NCBI RefSeq assembly: GCF_006345805.1
Contig: NC_043003.1
Location: 68,262,001-68,326,000, forward strand
DNA: 64,000 nucleotides
Direction of reading: 5' to 3'
Origin: Octopus sinensis
Lineage: Eukaryota
A program made the translations under genes and the position numbers. The first letter of the stretch is position 1. Every line of letters starts with the position of its first letter. Below the pieces are notes generated by a model, which was given only the letters and a program-made list of their open reading frames with translations, did not search any database and was not told the DNA's origin. Below are positions 39,701-53,597 of the stretch, one piece after another.

Positions 39701-41725
39701 ATTCGATGTGTGTGGAACAGGCGTTTTATTTTACTTAATTTCCCTGACATACGCCAAAGGGACATGTTTAATAACGCGTAGTCCTAACTGAAAAAAATTA
39801 TAGTACCTTTCATGGGAGGATGGCCACAGGATAAGGAGTGCATAACGCCTATGGCGGTGTGTCCCAAAACATCATTTGCATTGTAAACGACCGGTGACGC
39901 ATTCGCAAAAGCCGATTGGAACCAATATGGAAAACCAAAAGCCAAATGGCATTTGAAGGTCACCGCATGACATATTCTCACGCATTGTGTAGTGGACCTG
40001 TATCTTCTATCATCGTGATCTAAACATCTGAACTCAAACCCTTGCAACTTGAGTTGCTCGGCGATGTTTTACATCGATCTGCTGTAGTGACTGTTGGTGA
40101 TGTCGTGGATTCGGTGGACGACATGGGCATTTCTAATGACCACTAAAAAGGTGTTTTTGTTTCTTATATCCAGAGAAGACACGGCCTCACCAAAATGTAC
40201 CAGTTCTTTTTTTCCATTTTTTCACAATGATAGTTCAAATTTCAATACTTATAACAAAACAAAAGCATATGAATACATATTTACAATTATAGAATATCAT
40301 TTTCGCCGATACAATGAAGGAGTTCACGGTTTCTAATCGTTCGACAAAGGATATCTTTGACTCAACATGCGGCTCATAATCATTTAGAGTTATAGAAGGA
40401 AATGTACTACGCTATAATATAATGATAGATTTACCTCTAAACAGAAGTTCGCACAAGAGCTTATGTTACTACCAAAAATACGGGCTATCAGGGTTGGTGA
40501 GGTGTAGTTCACCAATAACAACTCCATCAACAAAAACAATTGACACAATATATTGTCTTGTGAGTGAAATGACTAAATATATTTTTAGAAAGAAAAAAAA
40601 AATCGCTCATAGTTTTCTATGTATTCTTAAAACAAGATTGAAGTGGTATTGGTAGGTGTTTCCTTGCAAAATGTTCGCAAATTCAGCTTTGCTTTCATGT
40701 TTAAATCAGAAGTTTACGCCCGAATCTATTATCGCACCATTCTGTAATTTCACATACACTTGTCAGTCTGTTTGGTTGTATTTTTTTTTTTGCGATCTTG
40801 CTCATGGAAAAATCTAACGGATATCTTAATGTCCTGAAAAAGTTGCCATCAGTTTAATATTCATGATGCAAAAGGCTCTTAGCAAAATATTAAGCCTCAC
40901 ATAAGTGTTTTTATCTCTAAATCCCTTTAATAATTGAACGCTAATCGCTTAGTTTACTTACAGTTATATTGGAATAGCGTAAAGTAACTTACCTTGAAAA
41001 AAAAAAAAAAAAGAAGTAGCTGTGATGGAAAAAAGTTATATTAATGTTTGCCGGCAGTGTTTATCTCACATGTATTGACACCTAGATAATATATTTCTGA
41101 CACTTTAGACTCTTAATATTTGCTTAATATCTGGACTTCCTCTCAGTTTGTAGTATTGTATAACCGGAATACAGCATTTCATACCGATTGTCATATCAAT
41201 AGTACTACTTACGCAAAGTTTGTTATTCGAACATATATAGAAAGTCATATATGAAATTATAAATACATGAGACATAAATATAATCCTTTACTGTTACCCC
41301 ATCTTGCTGGAAATAAAATCCTACGTGTTCAAGGTCTTCTTGAATGCCTAGCACGGCGATTCTCGCAACAAGTTCGGGTAAATGGGACCAGATACAGTAC
41401 CCTCCAAACAGAATTGTTTAAACAATCCAGTCGACGATAAGCAGCATTCTGCTGCAAATCTGGGCTATTTAAAATGATGTTCTGCCGTAATACGCGGAGT
41501 TTCATATCAGCAGTAAGTGCAACTGTGGGTGTTAATTGAGCGATTTTATGTAGGTGTAACGTCATCACTATAAGTTTTACAGGAGTCACTTGTAACCCTT
41601 ATCGAATTGAGACAGTATTTTTGCGATGGGGAAAACGTTGTGGATTTATCTAACAACTGACTAAGGAGTGTTCACATGTATTACTTTGGGTTTCTTTTCA
41701 TACTTTGCTATAATTAAAGAGTAGA

Positions 41726-41897
41726 CGGCGAGCTGGCATTCCTCAGTCATACCGTCCTGAGTTGCAATATCACCGAGGTCGACTTTGCCTTTCATTCTTT
41801 CGGTGTCGATAAAGTAAGTACCAATTCAGGTATGAAGTTGATTAATCGATTTACCCCTCCCCCGAAACTACTGGCATTGGGCCAAAATTTGAAACCG
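41726..41897 (+). mobile_element. SINE family 2
   Basis: GGCGAGCTGGCA...CCGAGGTCGACTTTGCCTTTCATTCTTTCGGTGTCGATAAAGTAAGTACC...GGGCCAAAATTTGAAACC. Confidence 0.75.
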
Positions 41898-43509
41898 ATA
41901 TATTTACAGAATAACAAGTCAATAACTGAGATTCGATCGTGAGATGCAATGTTGATGTAATGGAAATGTACAACCGGCCTCATTAACAGGAAACAGACAG
42001 AATATGTAAAAGAAAAAGGGTGGGAAAGCAGTACGTATACCTTTGTATAATGCGTCAAAAACACAATACCGCCTAACTAGATACTGACAATTTTCTTGTG
42101 CTCCATATTTTAATTGAAATTCATTAAAAAAATCTGAAGAGGTATTCAAAAATAGAATAAAATTGATTAGATATTGTGTTATTCAACATTTCATAGATTT
42201 CTTTCCATCCAATACAACACATTGAAATAAATAGTTTCTTACATCTTGAGACATACACTTAATTGACGTCTTTCAAATACGTTTATGTTTCTGAGTTTCT
42301 TTCCTCACAATATATAATAGGATGTTCGATGTTTTTGCAGGTATTATTGTAATTATTCTGAATATTTTTCCGTGTATATCGTATCCAATTACTTACGCAA
42401 TGTATTTCTCCAATATTTGGTTTTATTCTTAATTTTTCACCGTTCTGTAATTTCGTAGGTATTTTTATACTTGCGAATTTTCAACAGATTATGTTTTTCT
42501 TACTTCTTCAGCGGGTAAAAGACAACATAGCAGAAAACAGCATGCTAAAGGATTTACTCATTATCAGATTTTTTTTTATTAATAATTAGATTTTTCGTAT
42601 ACATAATTGACTGATTGTGTAAATTGGTTACAAATTATACGAAATAGGTATTTTTAGTGGAGGAGCAAAGGAATGATAACATTTTTGGTACTCAATATAG
42701 ATATTGTTTTTCTCCCGTTTTCTCATTACGAATACTTCCTGCCCACCATTAACATCTTTAAAAACGTGTTACAACTTCATCAAAAACAGTTTTAGGTAAT
42801 GAGAAGAGATCTCGTAAATTTGCCATTGGTGCTACGTCTCTGTGAAGTAATCGTGCACTTATGTTTGAAACAATTTCAAATATTACAAAATATTTACAAA
42901 ATCTCTTTTTTCCTACTTATAACTTTGTGTTGAGTTGAAAAAGCTATAGCAGATTCACATATTTTGCACAATGGAACTAGCTGATAAATATTTAATGTGG
43001 CCAATAAAATTACCATGATAATTAATTAATAAACTGTCAGAAATGAAGTTAATGAGATAAATGAGAATATGATATAGTTCGTGCTTGATACGTACACGTG
43101 TATTCAATAATATTGGATTGCAAAGGGCTCAGTAAAATTTTGATGATGATATTAACATTTCCGTTTTTTTTTTCATTGTCATTGTGCAATTGTGTACAAG
43201 TCATTTGCATCGGCACATGCACTATTTTGATGTGATTTGTCAACAACTGAGAACCTGCTATGTGACCTCAAAAATTTTCACCATTATCTCCGCTCAAATT
43301 CATTGCTGGTTGCTCAGAATACGTCTTTTGACTCTATGGGGCGTGTAAACGGTTGTCCTTAAACTTAAACTGACAAACAATGGAAGGAAAATTCCTACAA
43401 AGTCTATTACGAACTCGTGAAAACCGTTGGTTTCTCTGACTACCAAATTAATGACGTGCATATTTTGACCAATACTTATATGAGCTCATATCCAGATAGA
43501 AGACCCAGA

Positions 43510-43635
43510 GAGAGGTTTTCTCGCCCCGGAAAGGATGACAGGCAAAGTTGGCCGCGGCGGAATTTGAACTCAGGAAATAACGACGGACGAAATGTTGCTA
43601 AGCATTTCTGTCGATATGTTATCGATTCTGTAAAC
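43510..43635 (-). mobile_element. SINE family 2, 5' half
   Basis: CCCCGGAAAGGATGACAGGCAAAGTTGGCCGCGGCGGAATTTGAACTCAG is the reverse complement of the family 2 body. Confidence 0.7.
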
Positions 43636-43739
43636 CGGGAAACTTTGAAAAAAAAACCTGGAAACTGTTTATAGCATACCGAAGTCACCACATCGAGGCG
43701 GATATAGACAGAATATGCCTACCCAGCTCAGAAGATTGT

Positions 43740-45008
43740 GACTTGACACAGAAAGGAAACTACTATAAAATAACAACTATTGGACAAGAACACTGCTCGG
43801 AAACAAAATGTCGGTGGCTACTGCATGCAATGGTGCAGCATGAAAACATTAGAACTCTTTTCTCTATATACATGTGGGTGATAGAATATTTAAATCAAAA
43901 ACAAAGTTCACTAATACATTAAACGTAGAACATGATAACACAAGTGAAATTATTAAAGACCCAAAAACATGAAGAGATAACTACAGAGCATACGGAACGA
44001 TAAATGGAGATAAAAATCAATACATGCCAAATACGGCGCTCGCCTTGACGGGGAAGATATGAGCCTAAACTGAAGCCAACAATGCCTTAAAATCTCTGGA
44101 TGGAAGGACCTACGCTTGATGCACAAGACCCATGCTTGACCATAAACGACTGACTATAAAAGCAATATAATGAAAACAAGTCCTAACACCAAATGCAAAA
44201 TCTGCAGAATATGCAACCAACGCAATGAGAGAGATGACAACATTATCTCCGACTATCCACTCAAAGCCAAATTTGAATATCATTATCTGGATACCAGATG
44301 CGACCGAATATGTAGTTATATCCAAAGGGCAACATGCCAACACTACAACATGAAACCAAACAAGTAACGGTAAGACATGTGGTAAATAAGGTGCCTGACA
44401 ACGATCGGGCCGCAATCACCTGGCATAAGCCTTTACGAAGTACAAACTTAAATAAATTGCGCTCCTTTCTAAACAAAATATTGCCCGAAAAGTAGTCCAG
44501 AAATTGTTGAAATATTAAAGATACGTGTTATGGAGGTAAAACAATATCAATAATAAATGGAGCATTGGGTATAAAAATACAAAGGACAGAAACGTTGAAG
44601 TCATAGCTGGATCCACAACACTATCCCAAATATAAACCTACTAGGAACTACTCACATCCTACGCAAATCACTATCATTTCACTTAAATGCACAGCTCAAA
44701 TAAAACAATCCGCTAATACAAAACACCCTCTATACAATAAGCATCTACTAAAATAAACAATCCCACAACATGTACTATACAGGTTGGATATCCAACCGAA
44801 TAACAAACACGTATTGCACAGAAACCACACCACAATACAAAATCCACCCAAACCCTGTAACAAAACGAACTGATTCAATAGAATAACGGTAAAAGTTTGT
44901 ACTCTCCTGACGCTAACAAAAACTAGAACACACAATGCTACACACATCTCAGGTGATGCAGTAGAAATTTGCCTGAAGTTATCGAAAACTAATAATAATA
45001 ACAATAAT
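43740..45008 (+). mobile_element. Decayed 3' fragment of an R4/Dong-clade (restriction-like endonuclease) non-LTR retrotransposon
   Basis: Fragments KCKICRICNQRNE..DNIISDYP.KAKFEY...CSYIQRATCQHYN, IINGALGI and LLGTTHILRKSL resemble the CCHC/RLE C-terminus of this clade. A short (TAA)n tract at ~44990-45008 follows a putative 3' UTR. Confidence 0.7.
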
Positions 45009-46090
45009 ACAAGCTATAAGAAGAAAATAAAAGTAGTGTGATAATAATGCAAACAGTAGGAATATAATGTAAGCCGTAAAAATATTTAGTAGCGACATTA
45101 GGATGGCATTCAGAATGGAAAAATATGCTATGATAGAGATGAATCTGGGAAAAAATCCATAAAAAGTATAGAATAGATCTTGTATTATGATGAGAACATA
45201 AAAATCATTAAATGGAGAAGAAGTATATAAATAAGTGGGCATATTGGAAATGACAAACGAAATGTATAAGAATGAAGGAAGCCCTCATAAATGACCGGAA
45301 TGAAGAATCTAGAATGCAAAGTGAATGAGGTAAACTCCACACAAGCAAGTTTTTTTTTCCTATTTTGTCTTGTTTCATAATCTTCACTTTTTAGCATCCA
45401 TCATTTTCCCTACCCAAAAATATTCCTAGCCGTTGGCTTTAACATCTTTCTATTAGAATCATCATGATTTCCTCTTTCCTTTTGAGATCCTCTCTCTCTC
45501 TCTCTCTGTTCCCTTTTTTTCTGTCACTGGTTATAGCATCCCTTTATTATAACGTAATTTCCTTTGTCTTCTCTCCTTCAAGGTTATATAAACTTTTGTG
45601 ACAAATATTGCCGTAGTGCGAAGGTTTGAAATACGTGCTGAATGTAGAAAATACTCCACTGTCCATTCACTTGGGAGCTTTGCTTCTCAAGTGAGAGCCC
45701 TGATTCTCAAAGGGAAGATTTGAATGGTTGAAGGATTAACTAATAAGTACTGACAATAACATAGGTAGTAAGCTCAGAATGCACGTACGCTTGCATCTCT
45801 TTTCGGGTGTGGAACGCTTATACTGGAAATTCAATTTTAGGTGAAGACGGTTAACGGGCGTGATACATGACAGAAAGTCAAATACAGCAAGAAGAGAAAA
45901 AAGGAAAAAAATTGAAAACAAAATTTTAAAAAAGCAGCTGGGAATATCCAACGTACGTAACAGATGCATGGAAATGACGAACCAATACACCACCTTCCAC
46001 AGAAGCAACACCAGGATCATCAGCATTATTATCACCATCACTATCAAATCAACTGGCACCATTTACATATTTAATACTACAAACACTAGT

Positions 46091-46278
46091 AAGGCGTTGA
46101 TCTGGCAGAATTCTTGGGTGACATCTTGTGCGTCTTCACGTTCTAAGTTCAAATCCTCAAAGATCGACTTACATCATTTCGGGGTCGACAGAATATGTAC
46201 GAGATGAGCTCTGGGAGTCGCTGTACTTGACTTACTTTCACTCCTGAACTTGCTGGCCTTGTGCCAATATTTGAAACT
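46091..46278 (+). mobile_element. SINE family 2, decayed
   Basis: GATCTGGCAGAAT...GTTCTAAGTTCAAAT...TTTCGGGGTCGA...GCTGGCCTTGTGCCAATATTTGAAACT. Confidence 0.7.
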
Positions 46279-48546
46279 AATATTATGAACACCAATACAA
46301 TCAAAGATTTATAAAGCATATACAGCAACAAATAAATATTTCGTATTAAGATAACTACACACCTACATCTATCATATCACAGCAAACGCAACTCCTAAAA
46401 AGCATAACAACATAAAATATAACAGTAAAATAAGAAGACAACACCCTGAGGAAATTTAAGATTTCCAAGGACATTGAACAAAATTATATACAGAAATTTG
46501 ATAGTCAGTACCAATAAATAACCAGAAGAACATATTGCATATTCTTGCGCAATAAAGTCAGTAGTGTCTCTCAATTTCCAGTATTAATCAAACATGACTT
46601 TACTCAGAACAGAATGCATAATGAGACGTGTCAAGTTGGTAATTAGTGACATATGATGCAAACTCACCTTGTCAATGAGCGGAAATCACTTCACATAGAA
46701 AAGGTAGCTATCACTGTGGCCAGAATATCAGAGATACCAGCCTTATTTAGCGTTTAATAGGCGTTCGCATCATCCAATCAGCTGGAAGTTATATGGAGTA
46801 TCTTTCTGAACCCAAATTGATAATTTGTAGTGCTGGACATAACCAGGAATGAAGGCCATATTTTCAACCAATATGATTTACAACGCTACAGGAGCACGGC
46901 AGCCAAATCTCGTTACACATCTGCTGTGTTTCCCGAGATCATGTAATTTCGTACTTGTGGGCAATCAAATGTTATCACTGAATCATAATAGGATTTCGTG
47001 AGGGTTGATGAGTGGAGAGTGATAAAAACTTGTCCCAAGCCTACTGAGGTGTTTCCACATGTCCAATATTTAACGATTAGTTCCTCCATGGAAGACGTAG
47101 GCAAACTGAATCGAATGTCACAGACTATATCTAGATATAATAGTTTGTAAGCCAGTAGGTAGGGATGGCAAACTTTGGTTGCATTTAATGTTTACAGGTG
47201 CACTGAATGGAAATATGTGACCATAAGAGAGCGCGATTTCTTTCATTTGCTCTAAACGTGATAATATAACCACCGCGTAACGCTCGGATGTTGTAGCTAA
47301 TAATGCATACATATAAAAGTTGTACCAGCTGTCACAACTCACTGGTTGCCTGACTGAGCAAATGTAGTCGCTGTTTGCTAGACAAGCAGCTCGTTTGTCT
47401 GAAGACCGAGTCGATACATCAAATTATGTAATCTTAAGTGTGGAAAACACCACATACCTCTCCTTTACTTCATCAGGAAAAACGATTCCCCGACATCATA
47501 TGGATTATCCATGGCAGGGCATTCCTTACGCACCTAGGGCTCATAATTGCTGAAACTGCTTTTATGAGAAACGTATTCCTATCAGCCGTCATTATCAATC
47601 AATAATGAAAGACACTTATTGTTGCCACCATATTTACGACCAGTTAATGAATTCCCAGGTTGGCTTGCTGACAAGCTGAGTATACCCTCCTAGAGATTGC
47701 TAGCCCCGGCAAAATTAGAAAGTGTATAGTTCCTCCATCCCATATTGATTGAGGTCTACTATAACTCGTACCAATCACAAAAAAGACATATGTAACCTAA
47801 CAAAGTCAAATCATTCATTTCCGATGTCGCTTAAATAATTCACACTACAGAAAGACGTCGGAAGGCCGTCATCTTGTTTGTGAAAGCGCATGTGGTACGT
47901 AATCTAAAGAGCTAATGTTACAGGAATGTCACATCACGCTACCGTAATGAAAAGATTCCTCTCTCCACCATCATTTGAAGATACCAATAACATAACTGGA
48001 GTCTCTATGTGATAGGAGACTGATTCAGTTATATACCATCTACAACATGTTTAGATATTAAAATACAATTTTTTTCTTACTTCGCACTGGTAAATATATT
48101 TGTTATGACATGACTATTTATTCCTGCATGTAAAACTAAAATATATAGTCATAACAATACAAATACATTTGTTTTTCAGCCTAACAAGAGACCGATGTCA
48201 GTGAGATAATATTAAGTACAAAAAAAATCTTTGTTAAAAGTGATGGATAACGTCTGGAAACAAAATATGTGCAAAAAACCTATTTCCTCAGTAGATAACA
48301 TGAAAACAAAAATACACTGGAATCAGAAGAGATAACATTTATTATTTCATTACATATTTCTTTTGTGCGTATGATATTTTATTCAAATCTAGCTATAAAC
48401 GAATATTGATAAAACTCTATAAGATGGAATATAAAAACAAAAAGATAGTGTGAGATTATTTCGTCCATCACATTTTCGTTCTTTGCAAGTATCGTCAAGT
48501 TTATATATGCAAGTTTCTATTTTGCATAAAATATAAGCTTTCTCAG

Positions 48547-48591
48547 CAAAATATAGTTGAAATGCATATTTCTCGTTGGTATTACTTCAAG
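48547..48591 (+). other. Candidate 45-nt internal exon
   Basis: CTTTCTCAG| ... AAG|GTAATC. Open only in phase 0-0 as QNIVEMHISRWYYFK. Confidence 0.2.
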
Positions 48592-49266
48592 GTAATCAAT
48601 AGTTATTTTTAAGCTCTATTCACTAAACATTCAGTAGTAGCCAATGAAACGGTCTTCAAACGTTTTAACCAGTGTTACTAACTGCTTTTAGTTTTAAAAA
48701 ATCTTGATTTCGAACGATAATGACTGCCATTTTCATCTCTGTCTCTCTACGTATATTTTTACCGGGATTTTAAATGATAATATATAATAATTAAAGTTAC
48801 ATATATTCCATATGTTCGTTCCCCATGTCAGAACAATTTACTTTTGTTATTTTAATCACAACATGCTGTCTTACTGCAATACGGGACAATGGGAAACGAT
48901 ACGTCATGCGGGAAGTGATTTTTATTATTCTCAGTTACCATATTGAGGTTTCCAAAGTTCAGCATACAAGCACATATCTATCTTGCTTCCCCGCTCTCTC
49001 TCGCCTTCTCTATCTGCCTACCTATCTATCTATCTGTCTAGCTCTCTATCTCTTTCTTTATTCCTTTATATAGGTAGAGACACTACTATCATCCTCATGC
49101 AACTACTGTTTTGTCAGCTGGGCATTCAAAAAGTTGTTGATAGGAAGGAATGGTGATGGTTATATTAGTTTTGGAGTTGATGCCATATAGTGGCAATAGA
49201 CGTTGACATTTATCTATAGCTATTAGTTTTCCCTCTTTCCCCTTCTCACCCCTCTTTCTTTCCCTC

Positions 49267-49307
<41 letters not shown>

Positions 49308-49425
49308 CAGTAAAATAATTAAGACTCAAATGAATTCTAATGAATTCAAATGAATGTAGTACTTAGCTTAGATGCACCAGAAATCTTTATGGCATTAACC
49401 ATAAAATAATGTGGGGTGATTATAA

Positions 49426-49588
49426 ACAGGAAAAAAGCAACAAGAATGGATTAGTTGTTCAGTACAATTGTTTCATACGAAGAACAGGTTTATTTAAAAC
49501 TGCAAATATTGCAGTTTTAAATAAACCTGTTCTTCGTATGAAACAATTGTACTGAACGACTAATCCATTCTTGTTGCTTTTTTCCTGT
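49426..49588. repeat. Near-perfect palindrome, 80-bp arms, 3-nt loop
   Basis: 49426-49505 versus 49509-49588, one mismatch. (TA)n follows immediately. Confidence 0.95.
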
Positions 49589-49879
49589 ATATATATATAT
49601 ATATATAAGGCAATCTTTATCTCCACTTTAATGTAATTCCACAACACGGAATACTGCATTATTTACTTTGAGAGGATCTCTCATACGGATTCGCAGTGCA
49701 CAAAAGCAGCTTCTATCATATACATATATATATATATACAGAGAGAGAGAGAGAGATTTGATAATGATTTTCGCAACACCCTGCCCCCAATGGCCAACAG
49801 AGGAATGCCGCGGTCGTTCCCACAATCAGCTCGAACTACTTCCGGTTTATGACTGATGACTATCTAGGATACACACTCA

Positions 49880-50440
49880 TTAGAAAGACAAATGTTGTAC
49901 AGCCTCAATAGCTTATTGGGGAGTCTGCTTCTCTTTCTAAGCACGTCTGAGGCCTAGTACTTTGTTATTTGCCGTGGCCTTCAAGGCTTCCTCCAGCTCC
50001 TTAATGAGTAGATGTCACCTCATCTCTGGTGCAGCGTTAGTCATATGCAGATATCAAGCTGAGCACCTAGCTAATAGAGTAGGTTACAAAATATTCTAGC
50101 TCTAGGTCGGTGCGCAGTTTCCTCCCCTCTCTTGTCTTATGCTTAATTACTGCTACCGCATTGTTACTAGTACCATAGATGGCATTCAGTTTCATTAACA
50201 ACCCCTAATAATCGTGCTTGTTGGCCATGCTCTGCAAAGCTTCTGCCTATCTGTGCCATCAGTTGATCTTCATCTATCTAATTGTCCCTACACGTACATG
50301 GAGTTGATGCGAGTCCAGTCTCGAGATTTGTGTTCTATCTAGCATATTAGATGGCAGGCTCGCGTTCCTGATGTTGGGCACGAATGATCTCATTACATCA
50401 TCGTAGATGCGCTGAGTGAGACATTTTTACCTCTCTTCCA
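49880..50440 (-). mobile_element. Decayed internal fragment of an RTE-clade LINE (endonuclease-RT linker)
   Basis: Minus-strand fragments EALQSMANKHDY*GLLMKLNAIYGTSNNAVAVIK and LIKELEEALKATANNKVLG resemble the RTE linker. Many stops. Confidence 0.55.
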
Positions 50441-51132
50441 ATGCTAGGGAGAAAGGTTGATTCCTCTCAAATTCTTTGTCAACTCTTAAATATATATCTC
50501 CTTCTCGGAATATATATTCTAGCAATTAAAAAATGATTTTTATTGAACTTCTAATAATTTTGTGTATGTATATAGATACAAACAAACAGGCATGATTTTT
50601 ACTGAACTCCTAATACTTTTTGTTTAATATTTTCTTAAATACTTTCTTGTAAACTGCTTCTAACATTTTCTTGTTACTATCAAAGAACGTATATATGTAG
50701 TTTAATAATTTTGTGACAACCAGTACTTAACACAACAAAGTTCATACAAAGCTTTACATTTTATATTTGACAATCTTTTTCTAAAAAAGTGAAACTTGTC
50801 AAGTGAATAAATATCGTTAAAATTGCATTTTCAAACCTTTGTATTAATGTGTGTATGTATGTACGTGTGTATATATACGTGCAGATGCGTATATATACGT
50901 GCAGATGCGTATATATAGATATATTGAAATATATGAGTGTGCGTTCGAATGTATGTGCGTCTATGTGTGTATACATGTTCCGAAAAGATCAAAGCTATTT
51001 AAGAGGCGGAAAGAGAGCGAATAATAAGGTTTTTGATAATGAAACCTTGACGGCTCTACAAATCTTTCAGTGCTTCCACTCATTTCGTTGACTTTCATTT
51101 CACAAACATAGATATTCGTTTCATATATGTAT

Positions 51133-51163
<31 letters not shown>

Positions 51164-51296
51164 GTATATGATCTTTCGTTCATGCTTACATAGACATTTA
51201 TGTTTTCTCCTCATTCTTGAGGTATATATATATATATATATATAATATATATATATATACATACATACATACATATATAAAAATATACATATACAT

Positions 51297-51329
<33 letters not shown>

Positions 51330-51362
51330 CACGTGCATGTATATACACACGCACATATATAT

Positions 51363-51393
<31 letters not shown>

Positions 51394-51479
51394 GCACCTA
51401 TATACATATACCTCTCTTTGTATGTGTGGATATATATGTGTATGCATTTAACAGTATACTTAAAGATATATACACACTC

Positions 51480-51517
<38 letters not shown>

Positions 51518-52255
51518 CGCTTATATATACGTTTGCATGTATACATTTGTAAACAAATATATAATTATATAAATGCTGATGTATTTTTTATATCACTTCC
51601 TTCGTGTATGTTTCGGTGAATCTGTCAGTTTAAGGCAATATCTTTGGAAATCTTTGAGAAAAATGCTTTTAAAGTTACATCAGATGAACATAACGGATTT
51701 AATTCTGTGAGAAAGGTAGAATAGAAATCTATCAGACCTGTCAAGTTCAACGAAAGCATGAATTACACATATTATGCAACATATATATCACACGTATATA
51801 CATCCATATTCTTATATTATATCCCTATCCATGTCAATTAACTCATGCGAAACACTTCATTTGATAAATAGTTGAAACACCATAAATATAGTTGTTCATA
51901 TTGTCTTGCCGAGTGTGAAAATAAACAATAAATTTGGAACTTATTTTGCACTTATTTAGGTAACATGAGCATAAAAAGGCCTGTTTCCGAAAAAGGATTA
52001 TCTCTTTTATTCATGTAGCATTTTATGTTTACCAGTATAGCTGAAAGAACATCATGAATTTAAAGGTTATTACATCACATTCTATCACGCATCCACTAAC
52101 CAAAATATTTACAGTTACCCAGACATCCATAAAATGTGGAACAATTTCCTTCATTATGTATATATCAGTACGTATGTATTGGTATATGTAATTTTATATA
52201 TGTACATGTATATATGCATATAATATAATATCATATATCATTAAGTTATATATAT

Positions 52256-52307
<52 letters not shown>

Positions 52308-52311
<4 letters not shown>

Positions 52312-52470
52312 CAGAGTTTACGCAAGAAACAAAAGACGAAGATAGGTGGTGTACAAAACAAACAGATGTATTAGTATAACGCTCAGGAATAGAAACAGTC
52401 TTTTACGTTTCGAGTCTACGCTCTTCTACAGAAAGGGACACAGAAAAAACAAGGAGAGAAAAAAATATAT
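52308..52470. repeat. Interspersed repeat A, second copy, abutting (TA)n
   Basis: Homologous to 6532-6690. The minus strand reads CTGTAGAAGAGCGTAGACTCGAAACGT, a degenerate minimal hammerhead-like motif. Confidence 0.7.
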
Positions 52471-53054
52471 ATATATGTAATTATTAAACAGGACATCAAA
52501 CATTAAGGCAAGGCAAACATTTCAAGTCATACAATTTTATAATAGGAAGAAATTTTACAATCTTACAGCTGTTTCTAGGATATCCCCGAGTATGTGATAT
52601 TCCGTCATCACAGACAAATAGGGGAAAATATGGAAAATGAGAATGGTATATATTAGTAAGATGAAAACTTAGAAGAAGGGAGTAAAAGAATGAAGAGATG
52701 GAAAGACAGAAGATAAAAGAAGCATAAAAGTTCATATTTCAAGTTTCCGAAATTATAGAAACCAGAGCATGAGTCCTTAGGTGCAATCCTGCGTATAGCC
52801 ATGTGGGTTAAAGTCCTGATATAGTAGACAACCCAAGAAAAAGACGCAAACATATCAACGTTCAATAACATAACATTTATATAACTGCTGCATCGGAAAT
52901 CTGCAATGGCTCCATAACTACCGTCACAGCCATAACCTTGGAACCTCAGTAGTCCGTTACAACACTTACCTAACTTACGTAATCATTTAGATTACCTGTG
53001 AACTATATATATATATATATATTCTTTTTTCTCGCCCCTCATTAATTCTTCTGT

Positions 53055-53538
53055 CACTCTGCTTCTATTTCTCTTCTCTTCCCACGTGACCGCCGGTCAT
53101 CCTAGCCTGTGCTTTCTTTCTTGGTCTGACCGCTGTCGGTGCAACATCGATATTCTTTCCTGTAATTGTGAAAACTTTGTTCCTCTGCCGCAAGTCTTCA
53201 TTTCCACAGACACCAGCTTAATTCAATTCGTCCTTAGTCGAAAGACACCAGTTGCTATGCCCTGCTATTATTTTTATTGGATTTATTATTGTATTTATAT
53301 TTGTGTAACTTTGCCCGTTTTTTTCATCCTTGTTTTTGTATACATTCCCTGCTTTCTTCCGAGGAATCTAATGCTCTTAGCTTAGTTTTTCCTTGGGGCT
53401 GGCCAGATTGGGGCAATCTCAAGAATAATCAGCCGAAATTGCGAGGATAATCTGGTGCTTGACTAAGGATAGAGGGCTTCGAATGACCCGTCCTTGTTTT
53501 CTTTGTATCCGGATAGTTTGCGTTCTTGTCCCAATTTG

Positions 53539-53545
<7 letters not shown>
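53055..53545. repeat. Interspersed repeat B, colinear copy, next to (TA)n
   Basis: Shares AATTCGTCCTTAGTCGAAA and GTTTTTCCTTGGGGCTGGCCAGATTGG.GCAATCTC.AG.ATAATCAGCCGAAATTGC with the 27.6-28.3 kb copy. Confidence 0.75.

Positions 53546-53597
<52 letters not shown>

Noticed and set aside
42325-42465. Plus-strand TTTTTGCAG|GTATTA and TTTCGTAG|GTATTT junctions, and a hydrophobic open frame
   Set aside because: The donors are weak and the hydrophobic peptide is expected from T-rich composition.
46668-47150. Minus-strand donor (AAG|GTGAGT at 46667) with complex upstream sequence
   Set aside because: All three frames contain stops within 60 nt of the donor, and no motif was recognised.
49851-49895. 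CTGATGA...GAAAG motif
   Set aside because: Stems II and III cannot be closed in register and there is no valid NUH site.
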